Assembly: GCA_032718475.1 (NCBI GenBank)
Contig: JAUCBJ010007498.1
Span: 1-41,286, forward strand
DNA length: 41,286 nucleotides
Direction of reading: 5' to 3'
Source of the DNA: Nemertoderma westbladi
Taxonomy: Eukaryota; Animalia; Xenacoelomorpha
A program made the position numbers and the translations under genes. Below the pieces are notes generated by a model. That model saw nothing but the letters and a program-made list of their open reading frames with translations. It searched no databases and was not told the DNA's origin. Shown here piece after piece: positions 33,892 through 41,286 of this stretch (positions are counted from its first letter, which is position 1; each line of letters opens with the position of its first letter).

Positions 33892-34467
33892 AAAAAAGCA
33901 ATCAAAATCACAAAGAAATAAAAGTTAAAAAACTCATTCGGGACACTTTTGCTTAAGGAGTCAAAATTGTAGAAAAAATTACCGAAGTTTGCGACGTTTG
34001 CGAAATTCGCGACGTTTGCGAAATTCGCGAAGAATCCGTCAGTTTCTGTGCCCTAATGGGTTCGTGCCAAAACAATCAAATCTTACACACTTAACACACA
34101 CGAACTAATTTAAAGTGGGTATTAGTATGCCTGAATAATTAAATAGAAATTAAGTTAATGAACGCTATTTCAACATGAAATCTACGGAATCAATACACAA
34201 CACACGCACACTACTGAATTTAAAAATTTATATAGATTGCAACTTATATTTGCCTACCTTTTAATGGGTGACTAATTTAATTATTCAACCCTATATATTT
34301 GTAGCCTTTTTAATTTGTGCCTTTAATTGAATCAAACATTAAACTAAAATATATGTCACAATATTGGTCTGTCTGTAGCTGGTCAATGAATCCCTCATAA
34401 ATTTGTTAATTAGTCGCTGCTCAGTCATTGAACATTTTAACACGTGCTGCTCGAAGACCCCACAACG

Positions 34468-36184
34468 TGTTACCATACTTCACACAGGTCTAGTCCCCCA
34501 GTCTGTTGCTCTTCACACAGGTCTAGTCCCCCAGTCTGTTGCTGTTCATATATTATGTTACCATACTTCACACAGGTCTAGTCCCCCAGTCTGTTGCTGT
34601 TCATGTATTATGTTACCATACTTCACACAGGTCTAGTCCCCCAGTCTGTTGCTGTTCATATATTATGTTACCATACTTCACACAGGTCTAGTCCCCCAGT
34701 CTGTTGCTGTTCATATATTATGTTACCATACTTCACACAGGTCTAGTCCCCCAGTCTGTTGCTGTTCATGTATTATGTTACCATACTTCACACAGGTCTA
34801 GTCCCCCAGTCTGTTGCTGTTCATATATTATGTTACCATACTTCACACAGGTCTAGTCCCCCAGTCTGTTGCTGTTCATATATTATGTTACCATACTTCA
34901 CACAGGTCTAGTCCCCCAGTCTGTTGCTGTTCATATATTATGTTACCATACTTCACACAGGTATAGTCCCCCAGTCTGTTGCTCTTCACACAGGTCTAGT
35001 CCCCCAGTCTGTTGCTGTTCATATATTATGTTACCATACTTCACACAGGTCTAGTCCCCCAGTCTGTTGCTGTTCATATATTATGTTACCATACTTCACA
35101 CAGGTCTAGCCCCCCAGTCTGTTGCTGTTCATATATTATGTTACCATACTTCACACAGGTCTAGCCCCCCAGTCTGTTGCTGTTCATATATTATGTTACC
35201 ATACTTCACACAGGTCTAGTCCCCCAGTCTGTTGCTGTTCATATATTATGTTACCATACTTCACACAGGTCTAGTCCCCCAGTCTGTTGCTGTTCATATA
35301 TTATGTTACCATACTTCACACAGGTCTAGTCCCCCAGTCTGTTGCTGTTCTTATATTATCTTACCATACTTCACACAGGTCTAGTCCCCCAGTCTGTTGC
35401 TGTTCATATATTATGTTACCATACTTCACACAGGTCTAGTCCCCCAGTCTGTTGCTGTTCATATATTATGTTACCATACTTCACACAGGTCTAGTCCCCC
35501 AGTCTGTTGCTGTTCATATATTATGTTACCATACTTCACACAGGTCTAATCCCCCAGTCTGTTGCTGTTCATATATTATGTTACCATACTTCACACAGGT
35601 CTAGTCCCCCAGTCTGTTGCTGTTCATATATTATGTTACCATACTTCACACAGGTCTAGTCCCCCAGTCTGTTGCTGTTCATATATTATGTTACTATACT
35701 TCACACAGGTCTAGTCCCCCAGTCTGTTGCTGTTCATATATTATGTTACCTTACTTCACACAGGTCTAGTCCCCCAGTCTGTTGCTGTTCATATATTATG
35801 TTACCATACTTCACACAGGTCTATTCCCCCAGTCTGTTGCTGTTCATATATTATGTTACCATACTTCACACAGGTCTAGTCCCCCAGTCTGTTGCTGTTC
35901 ATATATTATGTTACCATACTTCACACAGGTCTAGTCCCCCAGTCTGTTGCTGTTCATATATTATGTTACCATACTTCACACAGGTCTAGTCCCCCAGTCT
36001 GTTGCTGTTCATATATTATGTTACCATACTTCACACAGGTCTAGTCCCCCAGTCTGTTGCTGTTCATATATTATGTTACCATACTTCACACAGGTCTAGT
36101 CCCCCAGTCTGTTGCTCTTCACACAGGTCTAGTCCCCAGTCTGTTGCTGTTCATATATTATGTTACCATACTTCACACAGGTCT
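34468..36184. repeat. 55-bp satellite array 2 (about 32 monomers)
   Basis: Same monomer and orientation as array 1, with more single-base variants. Confidence 0.99.
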
Positions 36185-36322
36185 TATAAATATTTATGAC
36201 GAGTAAGGGTCTTGAGCCACGGCTAATATAAAATATTGTTAGTTTACCATATAGCTATTTCACGCTTCCCGCGCGTCTTCAGTGGTATATTATTAAACAC
36301 AATATTAATAAAATTTAACTAA

Positions 36323-36353
36323 TACCATACTTCACACAGGTCTAGTCCCCCAG
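36323..36353. repeat. Isolated partial satellite monomer
   Basis: TACCATACTTCACACAGGTCTAGTCCCCCAG, an exact 31-bp match to the monomer. Confidence 0.9.
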
Positions 36354-36677
36354 CATGAAACGAGTATACAGTACCACCCATGAATATGAAAAATATATTA
36401 TTATAAAACGCACTGTATGAATTATTAATAAATAATAATAATAATAATATGAATAATAATAATAATAATGATATAATATGACATTTTAATTGTTGATATT
36501 TTAATTTGAATTTAATTACTGTACATTAGGACCTATTATTGATTATTCAAGTTAGTGTTATACTGCAGTTAGTACAGTATATCAGCGAGTATATTTATCA
36601 GGTTATATGTTTAATATCAGTAAATAATTGGAGCAAAATATATTAATCATCCAATTTATATTGGTGTGGTGGATACG

Positions 36678-36954
36678 ACGGGGCAGGTGGAGCCTGGGAC
36701 TGTGGGGCCAGGGTCAGGGTTGGCCAGGATAAGGCCTGTGGGGATAGGGCCTGCAGGCCGGCGGTGCCAGGATCGGCTAGGCTAAAAGGTATGTAGGGCC
36801 CGGGTCGGTGGTATAAGGTTCAGTGGGGCCATGGTCAGCCGGGCTAAGGTTAAGGGGGTTAGGGCCGGTGGGTCAGGGTCGGCGAGGCTAAGGTCAGTGG
36901 GGCCAGGGTCGGCTGGGTTAATGCCTGAGTGGCCAGGGTTGGATGAGCTAAGGC
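36678..36954 (+). repeat. G-rich degenerate minisatellite
   Basis: Recurrent GTGGGGCCAGGGTCGGC(T)(A/G)GGCTAAGG-like units with strong G skew. Confidence 0.7.
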
Positions 36955-37293
36955 ACTTCCTTTATGCTGCATGGAGGTGGCAAGTTTTCTTGATCAATGA
37001 CTTATAATACCAGTCTTGCAGCGGCATGACTGGTCCTCTCTGTTGCCACAGCCCAGATAGAGATCCAGCTTCACACTACAGCTGAGCAAAAGGTATGAGG
37101 CTCTTGCCTCTGAGGAGGCAGATAACTGCGAGGGCTATACTGCCTTTACAGGAGCAGTTAAATTAGAGGCTGCAGAAACAGCTCCTGTATACCCTCGAAA
37201 CAGGAAAAAGGCCCCCTGTACTGACCACAAAATTCGCAAGTGCCGAAATGACCTCTATAAGGCGCAGAAAGAGTCCCGACCCAAACAGACAGA

Positions 37294-38668
37294 CTACAGC
37301 GGTGTTAGCAATTGAATGGAATTCATATAAATTAATTTAGAAATTTCAAACTTGTTTTTTTCTGCGGGTGCCAAATTTTGGTGCCAGCACCAAATTTTGA
37401 AATATGTCAATTTTGTCAATTGATTATTTGAAACTTGCATTTTACGCAAATGTTTTTTTTTTTTGGGTTCTGGTTTCGATGGAATATATACGAGTTGCAC
37501 CTAGCGTATCAAACTTGTATTTTTCGGTGCTGTGTGCAAATTTTGGTGCTACAGTAGCACGAAATTTTGAAAAATCCATTCAATAGATAAAATTGCTTGT
37601 GACAATTTATTTCTTGCGTTTTGGAGGTTTATGTCTGTTCTGAATTCAATGGAATATATAATTATCGAAGTAGACATCTCAAACTTGTATTTTTCGGAAG
37701 TGGGTGCAAAATGTGGTGCTAGCACCAAATTTTGAAAACCATCAAATATATCAATTGATTGTGTCACCTTGTTTCTTGCGTTATACGGGTTTGTGAGGGT
37801 TCTGAATTCAATGGAATCAGTAAAAATTTCATAAGAGTTTTCAAACTTGTATTTTTCGCCGATGGGTGAAAATTGTTCAAATTTTTGAAAATAAGCAGAT
37901 TGATCAGTAGATAGTATCATCTTGTTTCTTACGTTATACGGTTTTATGGGGGTCCTGAATCCGATGGAATCAATAAAAACAGCACTGGACATCGCAAACT
38001 TGTACTTTTTGGTAATGGGTACGAAATTTGGTGCTAGCGGAGCACCAAAATTTGCCAAGTTACGCCGAAAAATACAAGTAGCAATGATCTGGCATATTAG
38101 AAATGTATTCCATTTGAATCAGCGCCGATAAAACCTGAAAATGTGAAATTATAGCGTCGTATAAGTGAATTAAAAATTTTGTGTTCAAACTGAAAAGTGC
38201 TGGTTACTTGTTTTTTTCATTTTTTTCCTACGCAGAGAGGACTAAACAACCATTTATAGTAATCATATCATTTTTAAATATTTTGCAATGTATTTTGCGC
38301 CCAAGAAAACCTGTATTGAAAAACAATTACCCGAAAAATGTAACTTTCAAATTTTGTGAAAATTGTGCACTACTTGTAATTTTGGTGCTGCAATATAACC
38401 ACTCCATTCCATTTTTTCGAAATTTTTTTTTTCGATCGGATCCAGACTAGTGGTACCTACGTACAAACAAAAAAACAAAAAATCAGACGTTTTCGTAATA
38501 ATTTGTAGATTTGAGAGGGGGGGGGGGGGGGGGTCATATTGACCCCCCCCCCCCCCCCCCCCCCTCCCTCTCAAATCTACAAATTATTACGAAACGTCTG
38601 ATTTTTTGTTTTTTTGTACAACGGTATTTGTACAACATTTTATAGCCCGGTACTACTAATAGGGTTAA
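37294..38668. mobile_element. Non-autonomous piggyBac-like element, left end missing, with 160-180-bp internal repeats and subterminal palindrome
   Basis: Right end ...ACTAATAGGG+TTAA (38665-38668). About 5 copies of (C)TGAATTCAATGGAAT...TCAAACTTGTATTTTTCGG...AAATTTTGGTGCTA at 37300-38050. Palindrome at 38461-38620. Confidence 0.6.
38461..38620. repeat. Near-perfect palindrome, arms about 75-80 bp, centred on G(n)TCATATTGAC(n)
   Basis: AAAAAACAAAAAATCAGACGTTT(T)CGTAATAATTTGTAGATTTGAGAGGG... and its reverse complement, separated by a 3-nt centre. Confidence 0.93.
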
Positions 38669-39359
38669 GGCAGAATCACCAGCCGATCGCCTCAATGGTT
38701 GGAAAGCCCACTTTGAAAAGCTCCTCAATAATGGCACGGTATTGCCTGATAACTTTATAGAAGTAAAAGTGTCTGAGCCTGTAGGCCCACTCACTCCCAG
38801 ATATTAGTTGAAATATTTTATTAACGCCTTTACGGAATTCGATGGGGTTTTTAATTTTTATATTTAAACGCAATATCCTGAATCTCACTAGCCTAGTTTC
38901 ATGTCACCAACGCCAAGACTTCATACTTTTTGAGGAAATTTTTCTAGAATAATTTGTTTTTAATTACATTCATAAGGATTTCTTATTACTGGGTGGATAT
39001 AAATTGATGGAGTTTTCAATTTATTAACTGAACTCGATATCACTCATTGGACCAGCATGGTTTCGAAATTCCAAAACGAGGTCTTCGCTATTTGCAGTGA
39101 AGAATCCAGCAACTGTTGTACAGTATCTACGGTAAAATACCAACAATCGGGCATAAATAATCGATACTAAGTACACAAACTAATACTGGCGAGATCGGTG
39201 CCTGATGTCTTCCACTAAACTTGGGCGAACCAATTGCCCGGTCTAACTTGACATCAGGGTGACCGGTCCCTAACCGGTGAGGCAGATGTACAGTCTACAG
39301 ATACAGACCAAACTCACGGGAAAACAATCCCCGCGTAGCGAATCCTAACTATGTATGTA

Positions 39360-41286
39360 TGTAAGTATAATAACTATGGACCATATACCGACCTGGACAG
39401 TGTACCGAAGACAAATTCCTAGAGGGTCTGCATGATGTACTTAACAAAATTATAGAAAAAAATTTCACTACAATAATCACAGGCGATATAAACATAGACA
39501 CACTAAAGCTATACTCTTCAACAAATAAAATACACAAATATACTCCATACTTTCGGTTTCCAACAACGAATTAAACAAGCTACTAGAATCACACCTCATT
39601 CTAAAATACTGATTGACCACATTTCTACAAATACTACCGATAAATTTATTACAGCCGGAGTGTTCTTAACGGAATTTGGGACAACAGACCACTTAGGTAC
39701 ATTTATTATACTTAATGAATTTGACTGCTACTTATTTTCTTCCGAAACAAAACGAACTACTTATGACTCCAGTAAATTTAACAAACAAAAGTTCCTCTCC
39801 GATTTACAGAATTCAGAAAACTGGACCTACAGAACTGATTCCATCATGACATCCAACGGCCGCAAAACTATCGGAATACAAGGCTTATAGGAATACTCTT
39901 CAGTCAAGAGTTTGACAGAAATAAAAATAACAGCAAAAAAACATGGCAAACAATAAATACTGCCTTACATCGTTCTAAAAAAGTTCCAACTCGCTTTGTT
40001 AATAACTTTAAATCAAACTCATTTATCTACGTAGTCGAACCACGTGAAACAGAAATTATCTTTTACTTATTAGACATTAAAAATAACTGCTCAACTTTTG
40101 ATGATTTTCCTGTAATCCTAGTTAAAATTGCGGCCTATTTGTTTGCAACACATTTAACATATTTAATATGTCTTTCAATCAAAAATGGTTTTTTTCCAGA
40201 TACTTTAAAAAAGGCCAAAATTATACCAATTTTTAAATCCGAAGATCCAACAGATAAAAATAACTACCGTCCCATATCTATTCTACCAATTTTCACCAAA
40301 ATTTACGAACGTGTTATCAACACACAACTAGTAGCTTGCCTAAACAAATACGAATTATTATCTCCATCTCAGCACGGATTCCGTAAACAAATTACTACTA
40401 TCGACGCACTCCTTACAATTACAGAACAACCACAGGAATCTCTAGACAACCAGATCTCCGCCTGCTTAATCCCAGTAAACCTCAAGAAGGATTTTGACAC
40501 AATAGACCACTCGATACTCCTTAAAAAACTCGACTGCTACGGGATACGTGGCCTTCCCCACACTTACGTACACAAAGTAGTTTCCATTGGACGGTATTAT
40601 TTCAGACTCGACTGGCACTGTATGCGGCACCCCCCAGGGAGAAATATTAAGCCCGATCCTATTTTTAATATACATCAACGACCTACCGAACTGTACGAAA
40701 TTGCTGGCCACACTTTTTGCAGACGACACGACCCTACTTTACTGTAACAAATATACTCACACACTTATTTGTACTGTTAATGCTGAACTACGGAAACTTG
40801 ATGAATGGCTCACGGATAATAAACTATCCTTGAATCTAAAGAAAACAGAATACATTACCTTGGACAATCGCAATTCAAATACAATAATTCCGGATGTGAG
40901 CCTTCATTCAACTCCATTAACTAAAACTACGGCATCAAAAATTTTTTGGAATCTACATAGACAATAAAATAAACTGGAAAATTCACTGCAACCATGTATT
41001 AGCAAAAATATCAAAATTATCCGGGATCTTCTTTAAACTGAGACAGATTCTACCTCTTGACATTCTTAGAACTCTTTACTTCGCTCTAGTACATCCTATC
41101 TAATTTACGGAATACCTCTTTTGGAAATAGTCACCACGCATATACTGCTAAAATCAAAGTGCAAGTTAACAAAATAGTTCGAGCCATAACCTTCAATCAT
41201 AATCAATCGCACGCTGCACCAATTTACAAATCCTTAAATATTCTGCATTAGATAAATTATTTAATCTGGAAGTACCGAAATTCATG
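39360..41286 (+). mobile_element. Decayed CR1/L2-group LINE ORF2 (APE C-half plus RT), 5'-truncated and running off the right edge
   Basis: IYRPG, IITGDINID, TRITPHSKILIDHI, TDH; KKAKIIPIFK, NYRPISILPIFTKIYE, SQHGFR, DFDTIDHSILLKKL, GTPQGEILSPILFLIYINDL, LFADDTTL, LSLNLKKT. Multiple frameshifts and internal deletions. Confidence 0.92.

Larger units (their letters stand above)
30024..34467. mobile_element. Composite block of non-autonomous DNA elements (Helentron/HINE-like and MITE-like pieces) inserted in the satellite
   Basis: Ends are TGTGGGG (30021-30027) and CCCCACA (34458-34464). A 5' module followed by (GT)n is repeated at about 31650-31755. The block has internal tandem cores and no transposase ORF. 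Family assignment is inference. Confidence 0.6.
37020..38790 (+). mobile_element. RTE-type LINE linker fragments (about 37020-37290 and 38665-38790) separated by a DNA element
   Basis: Translations RHDWSSL / FTLQLSKRYEALASEE...YTAFTGAVKLEAAETAPVYPRNRKKAPCTD and KAESPADRLNGWKAHFEKLLN resemble the region between APE and RT in RTE ORFs, in the expected order. Confidence 0.55.

Noticed and set aside
20528-36184. CRISPR-like array
   Set aside because: Pure head-to-tail repeats with no unique spacers, no cas genes and a eukaryotic context.
20439-36199. Many 60-105 aa ORFs (MLFIYYVTILHTG...)
   Set aside because: Translation artefacts of the satellite, mostly with TTG starts; they are lengthened wherever 33-bp units delay the stop.
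37294-38888. ORFs of 60-169 aa
   Set aside because: Derived from internal tandem repeats and homopolymers of a non-coding element; no transposase motifs.

Overview
This is an AT-rich, repeat-dense window of a eukaryotic (invertebrate-like) nuclear genome; the organism cannot be identified from the sequence. The main result is an apparently intact, full-length non-LTR retrotransposon (about 10655-17270, + strand). Its ORF2 is an APE endonuclease plus reverse transcriptase (RTEX-like motifs). Its unusually large ORF1 (1025 aa) carries a Ulp1/SENP (peptidase C48, SUMO/Ubl-protease) domain with a complete His-Asp-Gln-Cys catalytic set, ahead of a coiled coil and an RRM-like ORF1 module. The element lies in the intron of a small host gene predicted to encode a signal-peptide and GPI-anchored protein; exon 2 of that gene has a 1-nt frameshift. 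The window also holds the start of a long minus-strand ORF running off the left edge (possibly gag-like), decayed RTE and CR1/L2-group LINE copies, and an approximately 11-kb 55-bp satellite with a local 418-bp higher-order repeat. The satellite is split in register by a 4.4-kb composite of non-autonomous DNA elements. piggyBac-type TTAA ends and a tRNA-like remnant are also present.
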